Source of the DNA: Egibacteraceae bacterium
GTDB lineage: Bacteria > Actinomycetota > Nitriliruptoria > Euzebyales > Egibacteraceae
DNA: 64,000 nucleotides
Direction of reading: 5' to 3'
NCBI GenBank assembly: GCA_030446775.1
Contig: JAUJMQ010000007.1
Location: 5,569 to 69,568 of the forward strand
A model generated the notes under the pieces. That model was not told where the DNA came from. It ran no database searches and saw only the letters and a list, made by a program, of their open reading frames with translations. This document shows, one piece after another, positions 17,428 to 27,780 of the stretch (positions are counted from its first letter, which is position 1; every line of letters starts with the position of its first letter). Made by a program: the position numbers and the translations under genes.

Positions 17428-17589
17428 CTACTCGCGCAGGGCGGCCGCGATGCGGCTCAGCAGCTCGTCGGCCGCCGCGAGCACGAAGGTGTCGGCGGGG
17501 TCCGCCGGACCCGAGGGGACGGCGACCTCGCTGTCGGGGCGCGTCCGTCGCGACGTCGTGGGCCGGCGCTGGATCCGTTCCTGGCGCAT
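17428..17589 (-). CDS. Small hypothetical protein (53 aa)
   Basis: ATG 17589 is preceded by AGGAGG at 6-nt spacing. Product: MRQERIQRRPTTSRRTRPDSEVAVPSGPADPADTFVLAAADELLSRIAAALRE. I recognise no family. Confidence 0.4.
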   Translation of the reverse strand: MRQERIQRRPTTSRRTRPDSEVAVPSGPADPADTFVLAAADELLSRIAAALRE

Positions 17590-17812
17590 CGCGTGCCTCC
17601 TGTGGAGACCTTCGTGGTCAACCTTGCACGCAGGAGTCGGCACGGGCATCGCCAACCTTGAGGATCCCACCCGGTGACAATTCGGAAGGGGCCTGGTACC
17701 GTTGGGCACCGAGGGCACGACGTACGTGCAGTCTGCAGTGGTACCAAGCGCCAGCGCAGCACCTCACCGGGCCGCACGGTCCGATGCAACGAGGAAAGAC
17801 GAGGGCATCGCA

Positions 17813-18016
17813 ATGGCAGTAGGTACCGTCAAGTGGTTCAGCGACGACAAGGGCTTCGGCTTCATCTCCCGGGAGGACGGCGACGACGTCTTCGTGCACT
17901 TCTCGGCGATCACGGGCTCGGGCTTCAAGACCCTCGCCGAGGGTGCGAAGGTCGAGTTCGACATCACCCAGGGTCAAAAGGGCGAGCAGGCCTCGAACGT
18001 CACCGTCATCGGCTGA
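17813..18016 (+). CDS. cspA: Cold-shock protein (CspA family, 67 aa)
   Basis: [33 protein letters not shown] carries the RNP1/RNP2 motifs. There is a long untranslated leader upstream. Confidence 0.95.
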   Translation: MAVGTVKWFSDDKGFGFISREDGDDVFVHFSAITGSGFKTLAEGAKVEFDITQGQKGEQASNVTVIG

Positions 18017-18752
18017 CTCCACCGCTCCGACGCTTCACGACGCCCCGGCCTGTGCGGCCGGGGCGTCGTCGTGTCCGCGCCCGGGCGGCGGTGGTGGCGG
18101 CGGCCTCCAGCAGGTCGCCGACGGCGTCGGTCAGTCGTCGGGTCGCGGCCGCCGGGTGCTCGTCGGGTGTGACCGTCAGCGGCGGGCCGAAGCGAACGAC
18201 GAGCGGGACGGCTCGCCGGCCCGCGGCGCGCGGCCGACCGCGCAGGACACGCTGCTGCACCTCGCGCCCGCCGAGCACGGCCGCCGGCACGAGTGGAGCG
18301 CCGCACGACGCGGCGAGGCGGACGGCGCCGGTCTTCGCCCGCCCGGGTGAGAACTCCGGGCAGATCGTCCCCTCGGGGAAGACCACGAGCAGCTGTCCGG
18401 ACGCAAGCTCGGCGGCGGCGTCACCGATCGCCGCCGCGGGCCGGCCGGCGCGGTCCACGGGGACCTGGCGCAGGCGGCGCAGCACCGTCCCCAGCACCGG
18501 CACGCCGAACAGCTCGCGCTTGGTCAGGTGCCGCGGCGCCCGCCCCGCCCGCTGCAGTGCGATGCCGAGCATCACGGGGTCCAGGTAGCTGTTGTGGTTC
18601 GCGGCGACGACCGCGGGCCCCGTGGGCGGCACGTGCTCCAGGCCCGCCACGAGCAGCGGCGAGCCGACGGCGCGCACGACCCCCCGGGCGATGCCCAGCA
18701 CGGCCCGCTCCGTCGGTGTGAAGCGTCCGCAGGTCTGGCTGGGAGCCGTCAC
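18006..18752 (-). CDS. plsC: 1-acyl-sn-glycerol-3-phosphate (lysophospholipid) acyltransferase
   Basis: Acyltransferase motifs [10 protein letters not shown] (NHxxxxD) and VVFPEGT. GTG 18752 overlaps the nei stop (GTGA). The Arg-rich C-terminal tail runs through the cspA terminator, so the 3-prime end is uncertain. Confidence 0.7.
   Translation of the reverse strand: MTAPSQTCGRFTPTERAVLGIARGVVRAVGSPLLVAGLEHVPPTGPAVVAANHNSYLDPVMLGIALQRAGRAPRHLTKRELFGVPVLGTVLRRLRQVPVDRAGRPAAAIGDAAAELASGQLLVVFPEGTICPEFSPGRAKTGAVRLAASCGAPLVPAAVLGGREVQQRVLRGRPRAAGRRAVPLVVRFGPPLTVTPDEHPAAATRRLTDAVGDLLEAAATTAARARTRRRPGRTGRGVVKRRSGGVSR
18037..18069. terminator. Perfect 14-bp stem-loop after cspA (acgacgccccggcc tgtgc ggccggggcgtcgt)
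   Basis: A 14-bp GC-rich stem with a 5-nt loop lies 21 nt after the cspA stop. There is no U tract, as in I-shaped actinobacterial terminators. It lies inside the tail of the convergent plsC ORF. Confidence 0.55.
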
Positions 18753-19603
18753 CGGCGCGCGGCCGGCGCGGCAGCGCCGCGGCGGTGCGGCCCGGGTCCC
18801 TGGCAGCGCGGGCACCAGTAGGTCAGCCGGGCCTGCTCGCCCTGCCCGGCGACCGCGATCGGCGTCGAGCAGCGGAGGCACGGCCGGCGCGCACGCCCGT
18901 AGACGTGCAGGCGCGGCCCGCCGGCACCCGGGTTGGCGGTCGTGACCCGGATCGGGCTTCCGCCGGCCCGGACGTTGGCCTTGAGCAGCCGCTCGGCGGT
19001 GGCCAGCAGCGCGTCGCGGACCTCCTCGGCCACCTCGTCCACACGCGCCCACGGGTCCACCGCATGCAGGAACAGCACCTCGCTCTTGTAGACGTTGCCG
19101 ACGCCCGCCAGGACCCGCTGGTCCAGCAGCGCCTCGCCGACCGTCCAGCCGGCCCGTGCGTCCAGGCGCCTGCGCGCCTCGGGCAGGTCGGTGCGGTCGT
19201 CCAGGGCGTCGGGCCCCAACGCCGCCAGCGCGCGATGGCACTCGACTTGCGCCCGTGACAGCAGCTCGCACACCGGCGCCGAGAAGCACACGGCGGTCCA
19301 GCCCTCCACCGACAGCACCAGCGTGGCGAGGCGCTCGGGTCTGCGCCACCGCTGTCCAGGCCGGTAGACGTGCCACGACCCGGTCATCCGCATATGGGTG
19401 TGCAACGCGAGGTCGCCGGGCGAGAACCAGATCAGCAGGTGCTTGCCGCGCGGCTGGACCGCCGTCACCGTCTGGCCGACGAGCCGCTGGGCGCCGAGCG
19501 CCCGGACGCGCGGCGCGGTGGTGGCGACCGCGACCACGACGCGACCCTCCAGGGTCTCACGCAGGCTGCGGGCGGCGCGGAAGATCGTGTCGCCCTCGGG
19601 CAT
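18749..19603 (-). CDS. nei: Fpg/Nei-family DNA glycosylase (endonuclease VIII)
   Basis: MPEGDTIFRAA has the N-terminal catalytic Pro2. There is an H2TH region (LLDQRVLAGVGNVYKSEVLF) and a C-terminal zinc finger (CLRC...CPRC). Confidence 0.85.
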   Translation of the reverse strand: MPEGDTIFRAARSLRETLEGRVVVAVATTAPRVRALGAQRLVGQTVTAVQPRGKHLLIWFSPGDLALHTHMRMTGSWHVYRPGQRWRRPERLATLVLSVEGWTAVCFSAPVCELLSRAQVECHRALAALGPDALDDRTDLPEARRRLDARAGWTVGEALLDQRVLAGVGNVYKSEVLFLHAVDPWARVDEVAEEVRDALLATAERLLKANVRAGGSPIRVTTANPGAGGPRLHVYGRARRPCLRCSTPIAVAGQGEQARLTYWCPRCQGPGPHRRGAAAPAARR

Positions 19604-19817
19604 CGGCCTCAGGCTAGCCCGCGCTGCCTGCCGTGCGACCCCTACCCACCCGCGCGCGACAGGCGCGGCGCGCGGCCGAGCAGCACCTCGGTGCAGTGGC
19701 CGGCGGTGCACTCGACGGTGGCCTCGATGCCCAGCGGGCTGTTGGACAGCCGGCGGATCTGCGACGGCCAGTAGGCCACGGTCCGCCCGCAGCCCGGGCA
19801 CCATCCGCGGTGCACGG

Positions 19818-20879
19818 TCACGCCGCCCGGGCCGGGGCGGGCGCCGGCGCCGGCGGCGCCGGTGCGGCCGCGGGACGGTCGCGGCGGCTCGTCAGGTACG
19901 CGCCGGCGCTGACCAGGGCGGTGCCGAGCAGCGACGCCACCGCGACCGTCTCGCCGCGGAACGACACGCCCAACGCGACGGCCACGAGCGGGATGAAGTA
20001 GATCGCCACCGATCCGCGCGCCGCGCCGACCCGGCCGACGAGCACCGACATCCCCACGAACGCCAGCGCCGTGCCGCCCGCCCCGAGCGCGACCACCGCC
20101 GCCAGGCTGGACCAGCCGAACGTCGACGGGCCGATCCCCGCCAGCCCCAGCGGTGCGACGACGACGAGTGCGAACAGCTGCGCGCGCAGCAGCACCGGCA
20201 GCGCGCCGTGCCGGCGCTGCAGGGGCACGGCGAGGTTGATCGCCGCGCCGTAGCACAGGCACGCCAGCACCACGAGCGCCGCGCCGAGCGCCGTCGCGCG
20301 CGCGCCCTGCACCGCCGGCCAGCTCACCACGACGACGCCTGCGAAGCCGACGAGCAGGCCGAGCAGCTGCGCCCGTCCCGGCAGGCGGCGCGCGACGAGC
20401 GTCGCCACGGCCGCGGCGAACAGCGGGACGCCGCCGTTGAGCATCCCGGCCAGCGACGAGTCGATGTGCTGCTGGGCGTAGGGGAACAACAGCAGCGGGA
20501 CCGCCATCCACAGCACGCCGAGCAGCGCGACCGCCCCCCAGTCCGAGCGCGGCACCGCCCGGCGGCTCGCGGGGAACGCGAACACCGTCGCGGCGCCGAA
20601 CGCCACACGCAGCAGGGTCACGAGCGCGGGGGAGAAGTGCTCCAGACCGATCTCGATGAGCAGGAACGACGACCCCCAGATGGCGGCGACGCCCGCGAGC
20701 AGCCGCCAGTCGGCACCGGTGAACGCCTGGGTGCCGGCGGCGGCGCCGGCGCCGGCCCCCCCCCGCCCCCCCGCCCGCCGCGCCCCCCCCCCGCTGGGCT
20801 CCGTCCCGCGCGGCGCGATGCCGACAGGACCGTGGTGCGTGATGGTGCTTACGGTACCTGTCGCGCTGTAAGGAGTCAA
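19818..20879 (-). CDS. EamA/DMT-family transporter (10 TM); start unresolved
   Basis: There are two EamA-like halves (IWGSSFLLIEIGL.., GVVVVSWPAV..). The only in-frame start is TTG 20879, which coincides with a -35-like hexamer. A C9/C7/C10 homopolymer patch (20756-20792) lies between it and TM1. Confidence 0.65.
   Translation of the reverse strand: MTPYSATGTVSTITHHGPVGIAPRGTEPSGGGARRAGGRGGAGAGAAAGTQAFTGADWRLLAGVAAIWGSSFLLIEIGLEHFSPALVTLLRVAFGAATVFAFPASRRAVPRSDWGAVALLGVLWMAVPLLLFPYAQQHIDSSLAGMLNGGVPLFAAAVATLVARRLPGRAQLLGLLVGFAGVVVVSWPAVQGARATALGAALVVLACLCYGAAINLAVPLQRRHGALPVLLRAQLFALVVVAPLGLAGIGPSTFGWSSLAAVVALGAGGTALAFVGMSVLVGRVGAARGSVAIYFIPLVAVALGVSFRGETVAVASLLGTALVSAGAYLTSRRDRPAAAPAPPAPAPAPARAA
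20851..20879 (-). promoter_or_regulatory. Sigma-70-like promoter (TTGACT - 17 nt - TACCGT) for the EamA gene
   Basis: The minus strand reads cTTGACTccttacagcgcgacaggTACCGTaagc. It sits in the only AT-richer stretch of the divergent region. Confidence 0.4.
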
Positions 20880-20880
20880 G

Positions 20881-21432
20881 ATGAATTTCGAAGGTTACAG
20901 CGACTGTGGGGTCGTCCTGGCCGTCGACCTCGTCAACAGCGCCGGCGCAACCGACACGCTGCCGGACGTGGCCGCGCTGGAGGCGTTCGTCACCGAGCGG
21001 CGCGTCAGCGCGCCGGGCCCGATCACGCGGGCGGTTCTCGTCGAGGTCCACGCGCTGCGGCCACGCCTGCGCGCGATCTTCGAGGCCCCGACCGCGGTGC
21101 AGGCCGCCCGCGTCGTCAACGAGCTGCTCGCCGAGACGGGTGCCCTGCCGCAGCTGTCCGACCACGACGGCGAGGCGTGGCACCTGCACTTCACGCCTCC
21201 GGGGGCGCCCCTGGCGACGCGCTTCGCCGCGGAGTCGGCGATGGGCCTGGCCGCGGTGATCAAGGCCGGCGGATTCGAGCGGATGAGCACCTGCGCGGAC
21301 GACACCTGCAACGACGTCTTCGTCGATGCCTCCCGGAACCGGTCGCGGCGCTTCTGCAACCCCGACACGTGCGGCAACCGCTCGGCGGTAGCCGCTCATC
21401 GCGCGCGCCGCCGAGCCATGGTGGCGGGCTGA
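20881..21432 (+). CDS. CGNR zinc-finger (ABATE domain) protein
   Basis: ATG follows AGGAG. The C-terminus is CADDTCNDVFVDASRNRSRRFCNPDTCGNRSAVAAHRARR (zf-CGNR). Confidence 0.85.
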   Translation: MNFEGYSDCGVVLAVDLVNSAGATDTLPDVAALEAFVTERRVSAPGPITRAVLVEVHALRPRLRAIFEAPTAVQAARVVNELLAETGALPQLSDHDGEAWHLHFTPPGAPLATRFAAESAMGLAAVIKAGGFERMSTCADDTCNDVFVDASRNRSRRFCNPDTCGNRSAVAAHRARRRAMVAG

Positions 21433-21471
21433 CGCGTCGGGACGGCTGCGCGGGCCGGGCGGCGGCTCGGG

Positions 21472-24400
21472 TCAGCGGCCCGGGCGATGGCGCAGGACCA
21501 GGCCGCGTGGATGGTCGACGAACCCGGCCGCGCGCAGGCCGGCCACCACCGGCTCGGCGGGGCCGGCGTCGAGGGGTCCGCCGTCCACGCGCTGCACCAC
21601 GAAGCTCGCCACCGTGCCGGCCGTGACGAGGCCGGCCAGGGCGCCGGCCGCGGCGGCGAGCTCGTCGGGGTCGCCGCCGAAGGTCAGCAGCGACCGGCCC
21701 CCGCGCTCGGCGTACAGCACGAGGCGCCCGGCCAGGGTCACGACGTGGGCGCCGGCGACGCGGCGCGGCCGGTGACGCACGTCCGGGGCGGGGTCGGGCC
21801 ACCCGAGCGCCGCACCGTACGGGTTGGCCGGGTCGGTCGCCGCGAGCACGACGGTGCGGCCGCCGACCTCGTCGTCGGCGGCGGGCTCGCGGGCGGCGCG
21901 TAGCCGGTCGACGGCGCCTGGGAGCGCGAACTGGGCGCCGCCCAGGCCCTCGACGAAGTAGCCGCGCCGGCAGCGCCCGGACTCCTCCATCGCCTTGAGC
22001 ACCGGATACACCGCCCCGAAGCCCCCGACGATCTCCTCGGCGGCGACGGCGTCACGGGTGACGACGCCGTGCCGGTCGAGCGCTCGCGCGGCGAGCGCCG
22101 CCGCCCTGGCGGTGGGCGTCTCGGCGGGCTCCAGGAGCTCCGCGACGAGCGTCCAGCGGCCGGCGGCCGAAGGTGGCCCCGCCCGTGACAGCGCCCGGCC
22201 GGGGCGGCGCCGCGCCGGCGTGCGCGCGCCGGACGGCCGGCGCCGGTCAGCGCCCGCAGCGGCCCGAGTGTGTCATTGGTGACCACGCCGGCCCACACGA
22301 GGTCCCACAGCGCCGCGAGGACCGTCGCGGCGTCCCCGCCCCCGCCGCGGCGTACAGCTGCGGCCAGAACGAAGCACCCCGCGCGCGCAGGTGGTCCAGC
22401 AGCGCCGCGTGGCGCGGCGACCACCACGGTGGGGTGTCGTCCGGCGAGCCCGGCAGGTCGGGAGGGAACGGCGCGAGCAGGGCGCGCGGTCGCGCAGGTA
22501 CAGCGACATCCGGCCGTCGTCGCCGCCGAGGGCCGCGGCCGACCCAGACCACCTCACCCGACGCGCACAGCTCGTCGAGGTCGGCGGGGCGGTAGCCGCG
22601 CACCCGGCCGGCGAGGATGTCGCGTTCGATGGCGCTGGCAGGCAGCGCGACGCCCTGCAGCTGCTCGACGGCCTCCAGCGCGCGGTCGGCTCCCGACGCG
22701 CGAGCGCCGATCCCGTGCCACGCGGGCAGGAAGCGGCTGAGCGCCTCGGGCTCGACCGGCTCGACCTCGCGCCGCAGCACCGCCAGTGACCGGCGCCGCC
22801 GCCGCCGCTGCACTGGGGTGCCCCCCCCCGCGCCCCCGCGCCCGCCGGGGCGCAACGCGCGGGACCCCCCGCGCCCCTCGGGGTCGGGGTGCCCCCGGCC
22901 CAGCGCGACCGCGTCGCGGGGCAGGCCCAACCGGGCCGCGACGTCGTCGGGCCGGAAAGGCCCGTGGGTGCGGGCGTAGCGCGACACGAGGTCGACCAGC
23001 GGCCGGTCGACCGGCGTCGTGAACGCGTCGGGAAGCCCGAGCGCCGGCGGCACCCCCAGCCCGTCGCGGAAGCGGGCGGCGTCCTCGGCGGCGCCCCAGC
23101 GCTGCTCGCCGGCGACCCGCAGCCGGTACGCGCGCCGGTCGGTCTCCAGCTGCCCCAGCCAGCCGGCCACCGTCTGGGCGTCCGCGTCGCTGCGGGCCGT
23201 GACCTCGTCGTCGCGCAGGTCGCCGACCTCGCGCAGCAGGTCGTGCACCGCGTCCGCCGACCGTGCACGGCGGTCATCGACGAGGCGCTGCAGCGTGAGC
23301 TCGAGCTCGGCCAGCGCGCCGGCGTCCAGCAGCTCGCGCAGCTCCGCCGACCCGAGCAGCTCCGCGAGGAGCTCGCGGTCCAGCGACAGCGCCGACGCCC
23401 GCCGTTCGGCCAGGGGCGCGTCGCCTTCGTACATGTACGACGCGATGTAGTCGAACAGCAGCGAGGAGGCGAACGGTGACGCCGCCGCGGTCTCCACCTG
23501 CACGACGCGGACGCTGCGCGACGCGACCGCCTCGAGCACGCCGGTGAGCGCGGGCAGGTCGAACACGTCGCGCAGGCACTCGCGGTAGGTCTCCAGCAGG
23601 ATCGGGAAGCTGCCGTAGCGCCCGGCGACGGCGAGCAGGTCGGCGGCCCTCTGGCGTTGCTGCCACAGGGGCGTGCGCCCACCCGGCCGGCGCCGCGGCA
23701 ACAGCAGCGCCCGCGCAGCGCACTCGCGGAACCGTGCGGCGAACAGCGCCGACTCGGCGAGCTCCCCCACGACGAGGTCGGTGACGTCGGCGGGGTCGAC
23801 CAGGACGGTGTCCGCGGGCGTGCCGTCGGGGTCCTCGACGTCGGGCAGCCGCACGACGATCCCGTCGTCGGCCTCGATCGTCTGCACCTCGATGCCGAGC
23901 CGGTCGCGGGCGCGGGCGCGGATCGCCAACGCCCACGGGGCGTGGACCCGGCGACCGAACGGCGACAGGACGCACACGCGCCAGTCACCGATCTCGTCGC
24001 GGAAGCGCTCGATGACGATCGTGCGATCGCTGGGCACGGTTCCGGTGACCTCGCGCTGCTCGGCGACGTACTGCACGAGGTTCGACGCGGCGAGATCGTC
24101 CAGCCCGTAGACCGTCGTCAACCGCTCGACGGCCCGTGCCGCCGGCAGGTCGGCGACCTCGCGCAGGAACGCGCCGACGGCGCGGCCGACCTCCACCGGC
24201 CGTCCGGGGGCGTCGCCGTGCCAGAACGGCAGCTTGCCGGGCTCCCCGGGAGCCGGCGTGACCAGCACCTGGTCGCGGGTGATGTCGCTGATCCGCCACG
24301 TCGACGAGCCGAGCGTGAACGTCTCGCCGGGGCGGGTCTCGTAGACCATCTCCTCGTCGAGCTCGCCGACCCGCCGGCCGCCGCCGTCGCCCTCCAGGAA

Positions 24401-26086
24401 GACCCCGTACAGGCCGCGGTCGGGGATCGTCCCGCCGGAGGTGACCGCCAGCCGCTGGGCACCCGGGCGGCCGGTGACCGTGTCCGACACCCGGTCCCAG
24501 TTCAGCCGCGGCCGCAGCTCGGCGAACTCGTCGCTGGGATAGCGACCCGAGAGCATGTCGAGCACCCCGTCGAGCTGGGCGCGCGACAGCTCCGCGAACG
24601 GGGCCGCCGCGCGGGCGGTCCGCCACAGGACGTCGACGGGCCAGCGGTCCATCGCGGTCATCGCCACGATCTGCTGGGCCAGGACGTCCAGGGGGTTGCG
24701 CGGGTAGGAGGTCGCCTCGATGTCCCCGTCGCGCATGCGCCGCACGACGACCGCGCACTCCACGAGGTCGCCGCGGAACTTGGGGAACACCTTGCCGACG
24801 CTCGGCGCGCCGACGGCGTGCCCGGCGCGGCCGATGCGCTGCAGCCCGCTGGCCACCGACCCGGGCGACTCGACCTGGACGACGAGGTCGACGGCGCCCA
24901 TGTCGATGCCGAGCTCCAACGACGAGGTCGCCACCACGCAGCGCAGCCGCCCGGCCTTGAGGTCGGACTCGATCCCGACGCGCTGCTCGCGTGACACCGA
25001 CCCGTGGTGCGCGCGGGCGATCGGCTCTACCACCTCGTCGTCGCCGGCGTCCTCGGCGTGCAGCTCGTTGAGCCGCGCGCACAGCCGCTCGGCGAGGCGT
25101 CGGGAGTTGGCGAACACGATCGTCGAGCGGTGGGAGCGGACGAGCTGGAGGATCCGCGGGTGGACCGCCGGCCAGATCGACCGGCGCAGCTCGCCGCCGC
25201 CCGACGCCGGCCCGCTCGGCGGCTCGTCGATCACCTCGCCGAGGCGGCTCATGTCCTGTACGGGGACGACGATCTCGACGTCGAGCTGCTTGCCGGCGCC
25301 GACGTCGACGATCTCGACGGGGCGCGCCGCCCAGCCACCGTCGGCGCCCACCGTCCCGCCGCCGAGGAACCGGGCGACCTCGTCGAGCGGCCGCTGCGTC
25401 GCCGACAGCCCGACCCGCTGCAGCGGCGGGCGGCTCCCGGCGGCCACGAGCGCCTCGAGACGCTCGAGGGTGAGCGCGAGGTGGGCGCCGCGCTTGGTCC
25501 CGGCGACCGCGTGGACCTCGTCGACGATCACGGTCTCGACCCCGGCGCGGTTGTCGCGCGCCCGCGAGGTCAGCAGCAGGAACAGCGACTCCGGTGTGGT
25601 GATGAGGATGTCCGGCGGCGTCCGGGCCAGGCGCCGCCGCTCGTCGGTGGGGGTGTCCCCCGAGCGGATCGCGACGTCCACGGCCGGCACGGCCGTGCCG
25701 AGCCGCTCGGCCGCACGCCCGATGCCGACCAGCGGCGCGCGCAGGTTGCGGTCGACGTCGTAGGCGAGCGCCTTGAGGGGCGACACGTACAGCACCCGGG
25801 TGCGGGCCTTGACATCGGTGGGGCGCGGGACTGTCAGCAGCCGGTCGATCGCAGCGAGGAACGCCGCGAGCGTCTTGCCCGAGCCGGTGGGGGCGCTGAC
25901 CAGGACACTGCCGCCGCCGGCGGTGGCGGCCCACGCACCGGTCTGCGCGGCGGTGGGGGCGGCGAACGCCGACCGGAACCACGCCTGCGTGGGCGCCGAG
26001 AAGCGCGTCAGGACGTCGGCGGGCGAGCCCTCCGCAGGGCCGGCGCCGTCACTGCCTGCCGTGAGCGTCGGCGACTGTGCTGACAT
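21472..26086 (-). pseudogene. lhr: Lhr-type large ATP-dependent DEAD/DEAH helicase, at least 5 frame breaks in the last 1.1 kb
   Basis: ATG 26086. Motifs: VSAPTGSGKTLAAFLA (motif I), VIVDEVH (motif II), ATSSLELGIDMG. The C-terminal region is spread over ORFs 22247.., 22273.., 21738.. and 21472.. (ALGGDDGRMSLYLRDRAP / LWDLVWAGVVTNDTLGPLRAL / YPVLKAMEESGRCRRGYFVEGLGGAQFA). It is adjacent to nei, as in M. tuberculosis. Confidence 0.85.
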
Positions 26087-26183
26087 CGCGCAAGGATAGG
26101 ACGCGGGTGTGACGGGCCCGACGGCCCGGCAGCCGCGCCGGCAGCTACCGCGGCGGTCCGCCGGCGGCCGGGGTGATGTGGCG

Positions 26184-26396
26184 CTACAGCGGCTCGTCGC
26201 CCGACCGTGGGGTCGATGCCCCGCTGACCGCCACCCCCATCTCCAGCAGCTGGGTCGACAGGTCGGCCAGATGCCAGGCCGCGTCGTGCGCCTCGGCCTG
26301 CTCGGCCTGGCGCGACAGCACGAGGAGCCCGTCGCCGAGCGTCTGCAGCTGCTCGGCCGCCAGCCCGCGGTAGTACGCGTCGAGGTTGATCGACAT
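26184..26396 (-). CDS. Small hypothetical protein (70 aa)
   Basis: ATG 26396 follows GGAGAG. Product: MSINLDAYYRGLAAEQLQTLGDGLLVLSRQAEQAEAHDAAWHLADLSTQLLEMG..., with high GC3. It lies upstream of lhr on the same strand. Confidence 0.5.
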   Translation of the reverse strand: MSINLDAYYRGLAAEQLQTLGDGLLVLSRQAEQAEAHDAAWHLADLSTQLLEMGVAVSGASTPRSGDEPL

Positions 26397-26536
26397 GAGC
26401 TCTCCAGCGTCGTTTGCGGTCGCTGTCCCCGCTGTGCGGCCGGGGCAACCGCGACGGTAGGCTGCGAGGCGACCCGGTGGTGCGGCGGTGGGCCGCGCAC
26501 GGCCCTTGGAACCAACGGAAAAGAGACCGCGCACCC

Positions 26537-26938
26537 GTGGCCTTCGACCTCGTGACCGTGATGGTGCCGGCCAGCGCCGGGCACCTCGCCGTCCTGCGCA
26601 CCGCCGTCGGCGGCTTCGCCGCGCGTGACTCGTTCACCCTCGACCAGGTCGACGACCTGCGCATGGCCGTCGAGGAGGCGGCGGTGCAGCTCCTGCGTCA
26701 CACCAGGGGCGACCGCGTCGGCATGGAGATGGAGACCACCGAGGCGGGAGTCGAGGTACGCCTGCGCAGCGAGGTGGCGCCCGGGGACTCGGTCATCGAC
26801 GAGTCGTCGTTCTCCTGGACAATCCTGCGCGCGCTGGCCGACGACCTGCGCGTCGACGCGGGCGACGCCTCCGCCACCATCGTGCTCGCCAAGCACCGGA
26901 TCGACGTGTCGGGGCCGGGCGACGAGCTATGGCCGTGA
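26537..26938 (+). CDS. rsbW: Anti-sigma factor (RsbW/UsfX-like)
   Basis: Product VAFDLVTVMVPASAGHLAVLRTAVGGFAARDSFTLDQVDDLRMAVEEAAVQLL... The gene overlaps the downstream SigB/F-type sigma gene by 10 nt. The choice of start (GTG 26537 or ATG 26561) is uncertain. Confidence 0.7.
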   Translation: MAFDLVTVMVPASAGHLAVLRTAVGGFAARDSFTLDQVDDLRMAVEEAAVQLLRHTRGDRVGMEMETTEAGVEVRLRSEVAPGDSVIDESSFSWTILRALADDLRVDAGDASATIVLAKHRIDVSGPGDELWP

Positions 26939-27693
26939 GCAACCTGGATCGGCGCGCCCACACCAAGGCGCTGTTCACCGAACTGCGCGCGACGGGCGAC
27001 ACCGCCAAGCGCGAGGAGCTCGCCAAGCTGCACCTGCCGCTCGTGGAATACCTCGCGAAGCGCTTCAAGGACCGGGGAGAGCCGCTCGACGACCTGATCC
27101 AGGTGGGCTCCGTCGGCCTGCTCAAGGCCATCGACCGCTTCGACCTCGGCCGCGAGGTCGAGTTCTCCACCTATGCCACGCCCACGATCGTCGGCGAGCT
27201 CAAGCGCTACTTCCGCGACAAGGGCTGGGCGGTGCGGGTTCCGCGGCGGCTCCAGGAGCTGTCGCTGCGGCTGAACAAGCTCGTCGCGCAGCTCACGCAG
27301 GATCTCGGCCGGTCCCCGACGGTGCCCGAGCTCGCCAAGGCGGCCGGCGTCTCCGAAGACGAGGTCCTCGAGGCCCTGGAGAGCGGGCAGGCGTACTCCA
27401 CCACGTCGCTGGACGCGCCCTCGGGCGAGGACGACGACGCCCCCATGCGCATGGACCGCATCGGTGAGGAGGACATGCGCCTGGACAACCTGGAGTACTT
27501 CGCCTCGCTCGCGCCGCTCATCGAGCGCCTGCCCGAGCGGGAGCAGACGATCCTGTACCTGCGCTTCTTCAAGGGGATGACCCAGTCCCGGATCGCCGAG
27601 CAGGTCGGGATCAGCCAGATGCACGTCTCGCGGCTGCTCACCAGGATCTTGGAGTTCCTCCGCGAGGGCATGGAGGGCACAGCAGAGTACTGA
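26929..27693 (+). CDS. sigF: SigB/SigF/SigG-subfamily RNA polymerase sigma factor
   Basis: Regions 2-4 are recognisable: DDLIQVGSVGLLKAIDRFD, STYATPTIVGELKRYFRDKGW, RVPRRLQEL, MTQSRIAEQVGISQMHVSRLL. Confidence 0.85.
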   Translation: MAVSNLDRRAHTKALFTELRATGDTAKREELAKLHLPLVEYLAKRFKDRGEPLDDLIQVGSVGLLKAIDRFDLGREVEFSTYATPTIVGELKRYFRDKGWAVRVPRRLQELSLRLNKLVAQLTQDLGRSPTVPELAKAAGVSEDEVLEALESGQAYSTTSLDAPSGEDDDAPMRMDRIGEEDMRLDNLEYFASLAPLIERLPEREQTILYLRFFKGMTQSRIAEQVGISQMHVSRLLTRILEFLREGMEGTAEY

Positions 27694-27780
27694 CCCGGCG
27701 ACGCCCCGCGGCAGCCACGGACGCGCGGGCTTCAAGCCGCACCCAGCAAGCCGACGGCGACCTGCTGTTACCGTGACGCG

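Noticed and set aside
26400-26536. SigF-type promoter (GTTT-N16-GGGTA) upstream of rsbW
   Set aside because: A GTTTG is present but has no matching GGGTA-like -10 at correct spacing.
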